64,000 nt of DNA, from NCBI GenBank assembly GCA_964549615.1, contig CAZJVP010000099.1, positions 88,004-152,003 on the forward strand, given 5' to 3'. The position numbers were made by a program, and so were the translations under genes. The stretch is from an uncultured Thermococci archaeon (GTDB lineage: Archaea; CAYQAE01; CAYVLA01). The notes below the pieces were generated by a model. The model was not told where the DNA came from and did no database searches. It saw nothing but the letters and a program-made list of their open reading frames with translations. Below are positions 9,868-19,496 of the stretch, one piece after another. Each line of letters opens with the position of its first letter. The stretch's first letter is position 1.

Positions 9868-10944
9868 TCAGCCCATTCTAGCCTCAAGCACCTTCGAGAA
9901 ATCCCGAGCGATCCTGGTCCAAGAGAACCGGGATCTCACGAATCGCCTGCCCCTGCGGGCTCTCCTCGATTCCCCAATGCTCGCAACCTCCACAAGACGC
10001 TGCGCAAAATCCTCCGGTGCGGGAGGGGACTGGTAGGTGTAGGGAGCAAAGTCAGCCAGCTCCCCAACGTTCGTCGAGACAACCTTCTTCCCCATCCAGA
10101 GGTATTCCCTCAGCTTCAGGGAGCTTCTGTACCTGTTTGGCTCCCTGTCGCCGTAGTAAACCGTGCAGGTTCCCGCGGTCAGGATTCTCCTTGCCACCTC
10201 GGATGGAGGCTGCGGCCCCTCAAACGACACGAACGGTGTCAAGCCCATCTCTTGGGCCAGTCCCTTGCACCTGCCAAGCATCGGGCCTCCGCCAACCATG
10301 ACGAACCTCATCCCGGGGTCGAGGCGGATGGCCATCGCGAAAGCTTGTAGAAGCTCGCCCAGGTCAGCCGCAACATCGAAGTGGCACACATTGAGCACGG
10401 GCCCGCTTTCAGCGGCCCCGCGAACGGTCTGCCCGGGGGCAGATTGCCATAGAGATTGATCGAAGATGGCAGGGTCGACTCCCTGCTCCAGCCTATAGAC
10501 GTCATCCCTTTCGATGCCCAGGTCAGCCGTTAGGTATCTCCTCAAGCTTTCGGTGTGGCAGGTGATGAGATCGGCGAAACGAAGAAAGGGTAACTGGGCC
10601 GCCTTTATGCCGAGGGAGAGCAAGCCGGCCCGGTAGGCATGATCCAGGTCGTCGACGTCGATCACCGACATACAGTCACTTCGGTCGCTGCGGGCTGACG
10701 CGATCAGTGCTGGAACCGAAGCGTTGGCGTAGGGTTTGATCGAAACCACTACATCGTATCCTTGGCTGACCTTCGTCAACCATTTCGGCAAAGCTAGAAC
10801 CCTGTCCAACCTCAGGGGCAGGTATTCCCCAGTGGACAGGAAGTCCACCTCATGGCCGATACGTCTGAGTGCGCATGCGACGCCGAAGCCCCGGACCGAG
10901 CTTCCCGTCTGCAGATGCTCGGAGCTCAGGACGAGTATCCTCAA
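9868..10944 (-). CDS. Glycosyltransferase family 4
   Basis: MRILVL start, GVDPAIF, VMVGGGP, SLKLREYLWMGKKVVSTNVGE (GT-B ExxxxGxPV variant). Confidence 0.88.
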   Translation of the reverse strand: MRILVLSSEHLQTGSSVRGFGVACALRRIGHEVDFLSTGEYLPLRLDRVLALPKWLTKVSQGYDVVVSIKPYANASVPALIASARSDRSDCMSVIDVDDLDHAYRAGLLSLGIKAAQLPFLRFADLITCHTESLRRYLTADLGIERDDVYRLEQGVDPAIFDQSLWQSAPGQTVRGAAESGPVLNVCHFDVAADLGELLQAFAMAIRLDPGMRFVMVGGGPMLGRCKGLAQEMGLTPFVSFEGPQPPSEVARRILTAGTCTVYYGDREPNRYRSSLKLREYLWMGKKVVSTNVGELADFAPYTYQSPPAPEDFAQRLVEVASIGESRRARRGRRFVRSRFSWTRIARDFSKVLEARMG

Positions 10945-12611
10945 CCGGGCTCCCCCTTGCCTAGCGGAGTCCGCGTTTCAGGCGCACACGCGATTCCGTC
11001 TTCTGGGACGGAGCCATCGTCCTTGGGGAGCGAATCCGTCCCGGAACCCAAGATGGTAACCGTTCCCGTGAAACCATCCACGACCACGACCTGCCCGGTT
11101 TGTATCAGCTTTGTCGCATCCTTCGCCCCCACCACTGCAGGCAGGCCAATTTCCCTAGCCACGGTCGCTATGTGTGAGAGGCGGCCTCCTATCTCCGTGA
11201 CGATCGCCTTGGCCAGACCGAGGAAAGGAGTCCATCCAGGGTCGAAGGCTGATCCGACCAGCACCTCCCCAAACCTCATCGATTCGGCCTCGGATATGTC
11301 GCTTACAACCCTTGCGTACCCGGTGCCAATGCCAGGGCTGCACCCCATCCCCTTGATCACCCGGATTTCCACTGAGGCCCGACTAGGGCTAGATTCCGAG
11401 GCGGGGACGCAACCGTCCGTCACCACCGAGGGCGGCCGGAGGAGTCTGTTCTTCTCGTACTCGCTTCTTCTAAGCTCAATTGCGTCGCGAATGCTGACTA
11501 CTGTTCCTCCCTCCATGAGGCCTACCAATTCCTGAAACGTGAGGTAGAACACGTCATCCTGCCGGCCCAGATTTCCCTCCGAGACGAGGGCTTCGGATGC
11601 CCACAGCACGCTGCGCCGCAGTTGTGCGTAACCCCACAGCAGCCCTTGCTTGGTCTCCTCCCTCAGCCGGACACTTCTCTCAAGGGTTGCTCCTACCACC
11701 CCGAGAGGAAAACCGAAAGCGGCATGGTCCGAAGTCTGCCTTGGCAACCTTATGGAATCCCTGTTGGCTCTGAGGGTCTCGATTACCGCGTTCAAGGTCT
11801 CGGTTCGTTCCGCCCAGAGGGGCTGTGACAGTTCCAGTTCCTGCACAGGCCTATTGCCATGCGCCATGATGAATCCTGAGACATCCGACTCCAAACCCAA
11901 GTGCGCGGAGGGTCGTCCGCCTCGGGTTGCCAGAGCCAAGAGTTCCGCATACATCGCTCCACCCCTGGTTGACCTTGAACCGGCTCGAAGGTGGACGCTT
12001 GGCTCACCTCCGTGGCGTTTCGAAACCGAACGTGCTATTCCAAACCAGGAAAGCGCCAGCCTGGTCGATCTCAGGTGAATGTGAAAGCACTCCGCGCTCA
12101 TCTGGACCATTGTTCGCAGAGCCTGAGCGCCTTCCTTCATGGAAGCATATGGCGGGGCACGGGCGTCCAGCTCCCGCCTGTACGAGGCTAGGAAGTTCCT
12201 GGCGATAGGGGCGAGCAGCAAGGTTTCCTTGAAAAGCCTTGCCCAGGAGATGGCCTTGCGAGGGAAGCTTGAGGCGATGCGGCGCTCGGCAAGTTCGAAA
12301 CCGAGTGCCTGTCGCAGGGTTTCCGGGGTGATCGCGGGGAGGCCTGCCAGGGCCGACAGCGCGCTGTCCAGATTCACATACGCCCGCCCAGCGTAGAGCC
12401 TCAAGTGCTGGGAACCTTCTCCTTCCGAATTTCGTCCCTGAATCTTAGCCGCGCCATAGGTGAGGCCTGCCTGGAAAACTGAGAATGTCAGGGGGGTCAC
12501 GATTCCCGGCAGGACCTCGCCAATGTTCGCTCGAGTCCAGACCGCCATCTCCTGTCCCTCAATCCGGTGCGAGGGTTCCTCCCCGGTTGGGCTCGGCGAA
12601 GTCCGACACAT
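10941..12611 (-). CDS. PEP-utilising phosphotransferase (rifampin phosphotransferase-like middle domain plus phospho-His swivel domain, no ATP-grasp)
   Basis: WTRANIGEVLPGIVTPLT at the N-terminus; GCSPG...G.ARVV...DPGWTP...TEIGGRLSHIATVAREIGLPAVVG...VDGFTGTV at the C-terminus. Confidence 0.85.
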   Translation of the reverse strand: MCRTSPSPTGEEPSHRIEGQEMAVWTRANIGEVLPGIVTPLTFSVFQAGLTYGAAKIQGRNSEGEGSQHLRLYAGRAYVNLDSALSALAGLPAITPETLRQALGFELAERRIASSFPRKAISWARLFKETLLLAPIARNFLASYRRELDARAPPYASMKEGAQALRTMVQMSAECFHIHLRSTRLALSWFGIARSVSKRHGGEPSVHLRAGSRSTRGGAMYAELLALATRGGRPSAHLGLESDVSGFIMAHGNRPVQELELSQPLWAERTETLNAVIETLRANRDSIRLPRQTSDHAAFGFPLGVVGATLERSVRLREETKQGLLWGYAQLRRSVLWASEALVSEGNLGRQDDVFYLTFQELVGLMEGGTVVSIRDAIELRRSEYEKNRLLRPPSVVTDGCVPASESSPSRASVEIRVIKGMGCSPGIGTGYARVVSDISEAESMRFGEVLVGSAFDPGWTPFLGLAKAIVTEIGGRLSHIATVAREIGLPAVVGAKDATKLIQTGQVVVVDGFTGTVTILGSGTDSLPKDDGSVPEDGIACAPETRTPLGKGEPG

Positions 12612-14067
12612 GGCATATCAAAGACCGAACCCCGGTGGTGGCCAACTTGACCTGGTCGATGGACCTGATGGAGAGCAGGCACCTTGAGAGGAAAACGGGA
12701 TCAAGGTGCAGCATCCACAGGCGGCGACACCAGCCCTCCGGTTGCAGCGGGGACCTAAGGACCGGTCTGGACATGTCGTACGCCTCGTAGTCGGCAGGGT
12801 CAACCGCGAAGAGATTGTCCCTCAGAGCCATGTCGTGAAGAGGTGTCCCAGGGTAGGGGATAAGTATGCTGGCCTGGAGGCTGTCACCTATCCTCGCCTT
12901 GTACCTGAGCAGCCTTCGCACGAATCGGAGCGTGGCTCGCACCTCCTTGACGCCCTCCCAGGGATAGCCGACCATCACCGTTAGAAGGACCCTCAGCCCA
13001 GCATCCTTCGCATTCCGAACCCCGGCCTCCATCGCCGTGAGGGTCTCCATCTTGCAGATTCTGTCCAGGGTGGACTGGCTGCCCGACTCGATTCCGATCT
13101 TCAATAGGCGGAAACCGATCTTCGACAAGAGGTTGCATGTCTCCCTAGTGAGAGAGTCCGCCCTCGAGTTGGACGAAAGCATCACTTCGCCCAGAATGCC
13201 CCTTTTTTCCAGTTCCAACTTGAAGGCCTCTAGCCAGCTGGGGCTCCAGGTCATTCCGCTTTCGTTGTCATCGAATATCTCCTTGGGTTTCTGGCGTTCA
13301 ACTATATGTTGCACCTCATCCGCCACATTGCCGGGGCTGCGAGTCCTGCATTGCTGTCTCCAGAAAAGATGTTGCCAGGAACAGAAGGAACATCTCCCTG
13401 GTGCCCGGCCGTCTCCACCGCACCCTCGGCCAGTCATGATGTATGTTGACGGCCTATTTAGGTACGCTTCCCCGTACAGCTCCCACCTCGTTAGCTCCCT
13501 GTCGATGAAGGGAATCTCGTCGAGATCCCTCCACATGGGCGCAGGGCCGTTGCAGCGGGGCTTGCCGTCCACCAGATGCCAGATCCCGCCCGGAAGGTCG
13601 TCCGTGTGCGATCTGCTTTGTGATTCCAGGTGCCGGGCGAGGTTGAGGATGGAGAGATCATAGTCTCCCCCTGTGACGACGTAGTCGGCCCGCGATCTAA
13701 GGAGGCTTTCCTGGGGCCTGGCGGTTACGTGGTCACCCACAAGGACGACGGGCCCAAACTCACACCTGTAGGTGTCTGCGAGCTTCCACAGGACCGGCAT
13801 AATGGGCGTCTTAGCCTCCATCACGATCATCTCCGGCGAGAATCTATCCAATTCCGTGGCAAACTGCCGTTGGGTCATGCGGGCGTTGATGCCGTCGATG
13901 AGGGTTGACTCGAAGCCAGCACGGTCAAGCAGCGTGACGGCTGAGGCGGGAACGAGGGGGTACAGCCGGACATGGGACGAAGACGAGTACCTGAACTGTC
14001 GGTTCTGGCCCAAGAGCGGGAAGCGACCAGGCCCAGCCAGGGGAGGATACACAAAGGCGATTCTCAA
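12559..14067 (-). CDS. B12-binding radical SAM enzyme with CX9CX2C cluster motif
   Basis: N-terminal B12-binding-like domain (YPP...QNRQF...YPLVPA; VLVGDHVT); GRGC-GGDGRAPGR-CSFC; FDD, GIESGSQ, MVGYPWE, PYPGTPL. Confidence 0.88.
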   Translation of the reverse strand: MRIAFVYPPLAGPGRFPLLGQNRQFRYSSSSHVRLYPLVPASAVTLLDRAGFESTLIDGINARMTQRQFATELDRFSPEMIVMEAKTPIMPVLWKLADTYRCEFGPVVLVGDHVTARPQESLLRSRADYVVTGGDYDLSILNLARHLESQSRSHTDDLPGGIWHLVDGKPRCNGPAPMWRDLDEIPFIDRELTRWELYGEAYLNRPSTYIMTGRGCGGDGRAPGRCSFCSWQHLFWRQQCRTRSPGNVADEVQHIVERQKPKEIFDDNESGMTWSPSWLEAFKLELEKRGILGEVMLSSNSRADSLTRETCNLLSKIGFRLLKIGIESGSQSTLDRICKMETLTAMEAGVRNAKDAGLRVLLTVMVGYPWEGVKEVRATLRFVRRLLRYKARIGDSLQASILIPYPGTPLHDMALRDNLFAVDPADYEAYDMSRPVLRSPLQPEGWCRRLWMLHLDPVFLSRCLLSIRSIDQVKLATTGVRSLICHVSDFAEPNRGGTLAPD

Positions 14068-14219
14068 TGATGTTCCGCCTCGGCGAAGTCCTGTATGAGA
14101 ACCGTGACGGAAAAAGATTCGCGGGATCGCGTTTGATGGCCTCTGGAGCTCCGCAACGTTCCGGGCAGCGAACTCGCACAGGTCCTCAGCCCGAGGGATT
14201 CTCGGATGGAAGCCCGTTG

Positions 14220-14402
14220 CGGAACCGCGTCAAACCTGCAGCCATTCCTCACTCCATCGAGGCCCCTGCTGAATGAGAGGATGCCAGACGGCTTCGGTTC
14301 GGGAACGATGACCGCGCTCACGGCCTCAGCAAAGATCAGCTGTTTGTACCTCCTTAAGATGCGACGCGTGGGGTTGAAGACATCTTCGTGCAAGGAAAGC
14401 CG
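14220..14402 (-). pseudogene. 3' remnant of a vapC paralogous to 941..1366
   Basis: HEDVFNPTRRILRRYKQLIFAEAVSAVIV...GILSFSRGLDGVRN aligns with DDDIFNAAHHIFRTYRQLSFADAISVVIV...GIFSFDGGFDAVRD; catalytic Asp residues lost. Confidence 0.75.
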
Positions 14403-14512
14403 TGCCACTCCCCGGCCGATGACACTACACCCCTTCATCGGGCAGGATAACCCGCTTGGCCCGGGCACTAGAGCGAGCGCCTCGGCGTCATGCCACGCCT
14501 CCAAGCAGCGCC

Positions 14513-14660
14513 AGGCGTACTCCTCAAGCGATACGGTGCGGTACTCCTTCCTCAGATCGTCGATGCAGCGACCCATCTCCACCTCCACTTTCCTGAACAG
14601 GGCACGACATTCAAACAGCTTGGGAGCAGCCAGCGCATAGCGATCCGTCAGGGAAAGCCC
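14513..14660 (-). pseudogene. 3' remnant of a second, different PIN-domain gene
   Basis: GLSLTDRYALAAPKLFECRALFRKVEVEM...DDLRKEY resembles the archaeal PIN C-terminus (LSLxDxxxxAxA...ALFRK); preceded by an in-frame TAA. Confidence 0.55.
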
Positions 14661-14758
14661 TTACCTTGCTTTGGTTCTTCCGGATCCTTGGGGGAGCGAA
14701 AAGGCCCAGGCCAAGCACGGATAGCCTTATATTCCCGAATACCCGAGTATTTTATGCG

Positions 14759-15034
14759 ATCCAGCCCACCATTCAGGTCAAGAACCTCCCTGAAGACCTG
14801 CTGAAGGAGCTCAGGCGGTTGAAGGTCGAGCTGGGCTGCCAGACTTGGGCCGACCTCCTGGCGCGGCTCGTCGAACCGGAGAGAGTCATCTCCTTGAGCA
14901 AGGAAAGGCTGACTGAGATGAAGACCGGGGTTCAGGAATTCCTCAAGCTCGGCACGATCGTCTCCAACAGATGGACCGGGCCGCCGACGGTGCTTGAGGA
15001 AACGAGGAGGACAAGGAACCATGGCGAGGCGTAG
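14759..15034 (+). CDS. Putative RHH-like antitoxin (start codon uncertain)
   Basis: TIQVKNLPEDLLKELRRLKVELGCQTWADLL, directly upstream of and overlapping a PIN gene; no in-frame ATG at the expected start. Confidence 0.6.
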   Translation: MQPTIQVKNLPEDLLKELRRLKVELGCQTWADLLARLVEPERVISLSKERLTEMKTGVQEFLKLGTIVSNRWTGPPTVLEETRRTRNHGEA

Positions 15035-15491
15035 CCGCCCGCTAACCCTGGACTCCAACATCTTCATAGCCGCCCTCAAAGCGGATGAACCGTACAGCCA
15101 GAGATGCCGTGAGATACTGGGAAGGGTGCCGGAAGCATTCATCCTAGCGGAGCCAAGCATAGTCTACACGGAGGTCTGCGGAACCCTAGCAAGGAGGATC
15201 GGACCGCAGGTAGCCGCCCAGGCCGAGACGCATCTCGACATGGCCATCCATCCCAGGCTGCTGGCAAGCTGCGACAGGGCCTTCTGCGCATCGTCCTACC
15301 CTCTATGCGCTCAGTGCGGCATCTACGCCATCCATGCAATGTACCTCAAGGTTGCGATACAGAATGGCGCTGTGCTAGCACCCCTTGACAAATAGGAGTT
15401 CATAGACAGGGTGAGGGCCAGTATCCGAGTTCCCCTACTAGACCCAGACCGCGCGGGGGCGGGGGATTCAAGGGCGCGCGTACGTTCATAG
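15021..15491 (+). pseudogene. vapC: PIN/VapC toxin, probably inactivated
   Basis: LTLDSNIFIAAL...EVCGTLARR; the expected Asp appears as His (YAIHAMY); TAG at 15393 interrupts LDK*EFIDRV, and the frame stays open to 15491. Confidence 0.7.
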
Positions 15492-15604
15492 CCGCTGCAG
15501 CTTACCTTGAAGGCCGGATCGTCGTAAGCGATGATCCTCGCTTCACGAAGATATCGGAAATCGGGGCCCTGACCAAAGGGGAGTTTCCATCGCACCTGGG
15601 TTGA
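15485..15604 (+). pseudogene. 3' remnant of another PIN gene
   Basis: FIAAAAYLEGRIVVSDDPRFTKISEIGALT resembles the PIN C-terminal IAAxA...vSxDxxF motif; no 5' half. Confidence 0.55.
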
Positions 15605-15761
15605 TCTCCAAGCGGGTGCGAAAACGGGTACGACCCGCAACCCCACCGGCCAATGAGTGGGGGGTTACGGCTCAACCCCCCCTCTCTTCCTTGGCCCCGA
15701 CGTGCTTGTCCCGGGCACGACCTTTCAAGGGGATATGAGCGAGCGCTTGCACTCGGAGCAC

Positions 15762-15777
15762 AGCACATTAATATGCT
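15762..15777. promoter_or_regulatory. Palindrome overlapping a TATA-like box upstream of the wHTH-MNT gene (candidate operator)
   Basis: AGCACATTAATATGCT is 14/16 self-complementary, 21 nt upstream of ATG 15799. Confidence 0.45.
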
Positions 15778-15798
15778 AACTAATAGGAAATACGGGCG

Positions 15799-16539
15799 AT
15801 GAGATGGATTCCTGAATGGCTCGGCACCTGCTACGCCAGGCTCTTCGCCGAATTCGGATCTGAATCCTTCTCGTCCGGTGAGGCAGCAAGGATCCTGGGA
15901 AAGGGGGGAAGCTACGTCAGGGTCGTGCTGAGCAAGCTCTCCCGGGAGGGGTATCTCTCGAAGGAGAAGAAGGGCAGCGAGATGACGTACAGGTGCGCGG
16001 GTCCCTACGAGGTCGTCCTGAAGGTCGTCGGATCCATTGACCTGCCGCAGCGGCAGCACATCGCCCTTGCATTACGCCTGGTCTGCGAGTCGCTAAGGGT
16101 CCTGGGCGACGACCTTGTATCCGTGGTGGTCTACGGCTCCGTCGCCAGGGGGGAGGCTCGGAAGAACAGCGACATGGATGTCCTATTGGTCGCGAGGAAC
16201 CTTCCCCGCACCTTCTACGATAGGGCGGCACTCATCTACCCCGTAAAGAGGGGTTGCAGGGACATCCAGACCGATCTCTGGCGGCGGGAAGGGATCCACT
16301 GCTCCATCCAGATCTACCCGGTCCTGCCGGAGGAACTCGACGACTTCAGACCCCTCTTCCTCGACATAGCTACGGATGGAAGGCTGCTATTCGACAGAAG
16401 GCGCTTCATGGAGCAGAAGCTGGCGGGTTGGAGGACGAGGCTGGCAGAGATCGGGGCCAAGAAGGTGAAGCTGCCTGACGGGAGATGGTATTGGGACCTC
16501 GTCCCTAGGAGGTCCGAGTCCAGGGCGGTGGAGCTATGA
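15799..16539 (+). CDS. Winged-helix + minimal nucleotidyltransferase (MNT) antitoxin
   Basis: N-terminal wHTH (EAARILG...VRVVLSKLSREGYL); YGSVARG...SDMDVLLV; C-terminal GAKKVKLPDGRWYWDL; overlaps the HEPN gene. Confidence 0.88.
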   Translation: MRWIPEWLGTCYARLFAEFGSESFSSGEAARILGKGGSYVRVVLSKLSREGYLSKEKKGSEMTYRCAGPYEVVLKVVGSIDLPQRQHIALALRLVCESLRVLGDDLVSVVVYGSVARGEARKNSDMDVLLVARNLPRTFYDRAALIYPVKRGCRDIQTDLWRREGIHCSIQIYPVLPEELDDFRPLFLDIATDGRLLFDRRRFMEQKLAGWRTRLAEIGAKKVKLPDGRWYWDLVPRRSESRAVEL

Positions 16540-16985
16540 TGATGGAGCGGCTCGCCCTCAGCTACCTTAGGAGGGCGGAGTCCCGACTCATCGTCGCCCG
16601 CACGGCCCTAAAGAGACGATCCCACCCTGACGCGGTGCGTTACTCGCAGGAAGCTGTCGAGATGGCCCTGAAGGGCGTCCTCAGGGCAGTGGGCATCGAA
16701 TACCCAAGAAGTCACGAGGTTTCCACCATCCTGTTTGCCGAAAGGCAAAGGCTACCATCGGAGGTGTCGGAGAAGCTCGAGGAACTGGCCAGGATCTCCT
16801 CCGAGCTATACGACGCCAGGGGGCCCGCCATGTACGGTGACGAGGAGTCGGGAACGCCCCCTGAGGAGATCTTTAGCCAGGACGACGCGGCCAGGTTCGT
16901 GCAGGACGCCGAGTCCGTAATAAAGGTCTGCAGATCGGCCTTTGCGGGGCTTGGGACCGAACCGGAGGGGGAACGCCGACCTTAG
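16536..16985 (+). CDS. HEPN domain protein
   Basis: SQEAVEMALKGVL...IEYPRSHEV...RGPAMYGDE. Confidence 0.88.
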   Translation: MMMERLALSYLRRAESRLIVARTALKRRSHPDAVRYSQEAVEMALKGVLRAVGIEYPRSHEVSTILFAERQRLPSEVSEKLEELARISSELYDARGPAMYGDEESGTPPEEIFSQDDAARFVQDAESVIKVCRSAFAGLGTEPEGERRP

Positions 16986-17038
16986 CCGTACGCCCAGCCG
17001 CAAGCGAAGCGAATGGGATGCTGGTGGGCGAGAGGAGG

Positions 17039-17063
17039 ACACCTTGCCACCGTCGCAAGGTGT
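17039..17063. other. 9-bp perfect hairpin downstream of the HEPN gene
   Basis: ACACCTTGC-caccgtc-GCAAGGTGT; no U-tract; function unknown. Confidence 0.3.
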
Positions 17064-17358
17064 TCCGGTTCCCCGCTGGAGGCCGATGAGGCCAGCGCGT
17101 CCTGAGGCTGTTCCAACTCGTTGAGACATATGGCGCGGCGATGGTGTCATGCGGCACAACTCATTCCTGACCGGGCTGCACGACCGCGCATGGGACAGCC
17201 TCCACGCCAGGATGATCCGCCTGTTCTCATCCAAGGAGGTTCTGCCAACAATCCCGAACGAGGCACTCGACCTCTGGGAGACCCGCTTGAGGCCGACTCT
17301 AAGCGGTCAAGGCAAGGTCCAGACCTTCATTGGGGGGTTGACCTTCAGGCCAACTCCG

Positions 17359-19224
17359 TCAGCCCGAAAGCGGCCCGCCGGGCTTGACGCGATCATCGGC
17401 GAAGTTCAGCGAGTACCAAATCTCCATGTTCACCAGATCGGTCAGATGGGAGTCCTTCTTTCTGAAGAGGGCCCGCACGGCCTCGGGCCTGAGAATGCCA
17501 TCGCGCATGAGCTTGCCGTTCGAGACGAGCGTTTCAGCGAATTCGCGCAGCTCGTTGGCGTACCAGCTCGCCACGGGAAGGAAGAACCCGATCTTCGTCC
17601 TCCTCGTGATCTCGGGCGGGAAACCCTTCTCCTCAAGGTAGGTCCTCAGCAGATCTTTGGTTCGCGCAGTACGGAAGATCTCTGCAGGCGAACTGGCAAG
17701 GACCGGCTCGAGCACCGACCTGTCCATCAGGGGGTATGTGGGCACAAGGGAGCTTGCCTGGTGGTAGTGCCATGCGAGTGCGAAGACGCTCGGGAGGCTT
17801 GACCGAACGCCGATCAGCCGTCGGCAGTTGAACGGGCCCAGGATAGCGGCCTCCAAGATCTCGTTGCGAAGAGTGGAATCCACACGCCGCCAGTCTTCGG
17901 CCGAAAGGAAGGAATCGGAGAAGACCCGTCGCGTCCGGCCGAGTGCTATGGAAAGCTCCCGCAGCAGGAAGCGGCCCGGGATGAAGCCCTCGATGAAGAT
18001 CTTCGCCAGCCGACTGATGTGTCGCGATCTCTCCGGGCCGCGGGCGACGCCCACGACATGCTGCCAAACGTTCAGCCGCAGAAATCGCTTCGAGGATGGG
18101 CCGAGATGGCCCAGACGCACAAGCGAGAATACCGCGTCGGCCGCGGCCCAGTCCACCCAGGACGGATAGCCCCCGAAGAGTTCGTCGCCCCCATCGCCGC
18201 AGAACACGACCCTCGCCCCCTCGCCTGCGGCCAAGGCGGCAGCGCAGTATCCTTCCCCGCCCGGGTCACCGCCTTCCTGTGCGACCCGGACCATCTCCCC
18301 AAGCATCCTGCGCAGGTCGTTCCAGTCGATCGACCGGCTCTTGTGGGTTGACCCGATGTGCTCGCTTGCCTTGAGGGCGAAGGGTCTCTCGTCCCAGCCC
18401 CTCTTCGCACCGCCCACGGAGAGCGTCACGATCGGGCAGTTCCATTGCTCTCGTGCAAGTCTGGAGAGCGTGGCACAGACGGTCGAGGTGTCTATTCCGC
18501 CGCTGAGGTAGGCGTATGGAGGCGGTTGCACAGCCTGCATCCTAACCTTGGTCGAGTGGGCGATTGCCTGCCAAATCGTTTCCCACCTCAAACCCTCCTG
18601 CCTCTTCGAAAGATGGACCGCCGCATCCCAGTAGATGGATTGCTCGAAAGCTTGTTGGTCTGCTCTGAGCATGGACCCCGGCCCGACCTTTCGGATCCCC
18701 TCATACATCGTCCTAGAGCCATCCGTCCTGCCCTGGATCAGCACCTCGGCCATGCCCATCCTGTCAAGGGGCGGGCGGGGACCAGCTCGAGCCAAGGCAG
18801 CGAGATCCGTCGAAAACACGATCGCACCCTCAACAGGCCGGTAGTAGAGAGGCCGACTCCCGAAGTGGTCCGTAACGAGATACAGTTCCGATCTGGCGGG
18901 GTCAAAGAGGACGATCGAGAACTCACCGTTCAGCCCCCCGAAGAGGGCGGCGCCTTGCGATGAGAAGCCGCTGGCCAACCCGATGGCCTGATTCCCCGAG
19001 TCGACTGGGTAGATCCTCCCCATCAACGCGACGAGGGGACCTTCCCCTTCATGATGCCATTGCACAGGCTCCCCGGGTCGGTTGAAGGCCCGCAGCTCAA
19101 GGCGATCGGAGACGTATGAATGGTCGGGGCCGGATTGCCCAATGCACATGTAGGTCGACGCCTGGTCGAGAAGTGGGCCGTCGATTCGCCCATGAAAGGC
19201 GTATACGCCGACCAGTCTCGCCAC
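17359..19224 (-). CDS. Asparagine synthase-like protein lacking N-terminal Cys (likely start GTG 19224)
   Basis: LNGEFS...TDHFGSRPLYY, LSGGIDTS PP-loop, GDGGDELFGGY, YPLMD, KDLLR, RTKIGF; N-terminus MARLVGV in place of MCGIxG. Confidence 0.85.
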   Translation of the reverse strand: MARLVGVYAFHGRIDGPLLDQASTYMCIGQSGPDHSYVSDRLELRAFNRPGEPVQWHHEGEGPLVALMGRIYPVDSGNQAIGLASGFSSQGAALFGGLNGEFSIVLFDPARSELYLVTDHFGSRPLYYRPVEGAIVFSTDLAALARAGPRPPLDRMGMAEVLIQGRTDGSRTMYEGIRKVGPGSMLRADQQAFEQSIYWDAAVHLSKRQEGLRWETIWQAIAHSTKVRMQAVQPPPYAYLSGGIDTSTVCATLSRLAREQWNCPIVTLSVGGAKRGWDERPFALKASEHIGSTHKSRSIDWNDLRRMLGEMVRVAQEGGDPGGEGYCAAALAAGEGARVVFCGDGGDELFGGYPSWVDWAAADAVFSLVRLGHLGPSSKRFLRLNVWQHVVGVARGPERSRHISRLAKIFIEGFIPGRFLLRELSIALGRTRRVFSDSFLSAEDWRRVDSTLRNEILEAAILGPFNCRRLIGVRSSLPSVFALAWHYHQASSLVPTYPLMDRSVLEPVLASSPAEIFRTARTKDLLRTYLEEKGFPPEITRRTKIGFFLPVASWYANELREFAETLVSNGKLMRDGILRPEAVRALFRKKDSHLTDLVNMEIWYSLNFADDRVKPGGPLSG

Positions 19225-19260
19225 GTTGCCCGGGTAGGATGGGCCCCATAATAAGATTTG

Positions 19261-19284
19261 CCGTGCATCCGTGCATCCGTGCAT
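19261..19284. repeat. Tandem repeat (CCGTGCAT)x3
   Basis: Three exact 8-bp units in the divergent intergenic region between the asnB-like and GNAT genes. Confidence 0.8.
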
Positions 19285-19496
19285 TGAACCTTGACGCTCT
19301 TCGCTGTCTGGTCTCGGGACGAGCCGGCAAAGCGGTTCGTCGAAGCCCACATCGGTGAGTCGCGTCACATCGTGCTCCCGCTGCAGCGTAGCCACCTCAG
19401 GCCATGAAAGGGGTCGGGGGCGACTTTTGGGTAAACCGTCCGCGGCGCGAAGCATTATATGGAGCTTTGTGGCTGCTTGTTCGAGGAAGACGGAAG

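Noticed and set aside
14064-14588. 174-aa ORF as a real gene
   Set aside because: It is a chance in-frame join of two PIN remnants plus non-coding sequence.
17170-17260. Minus-strand LDENRRIILAWRLSHARS resembling a DDE transposase strand
   Set aside because: Too short, with no further DDE motifs or terminal inverted repeats.
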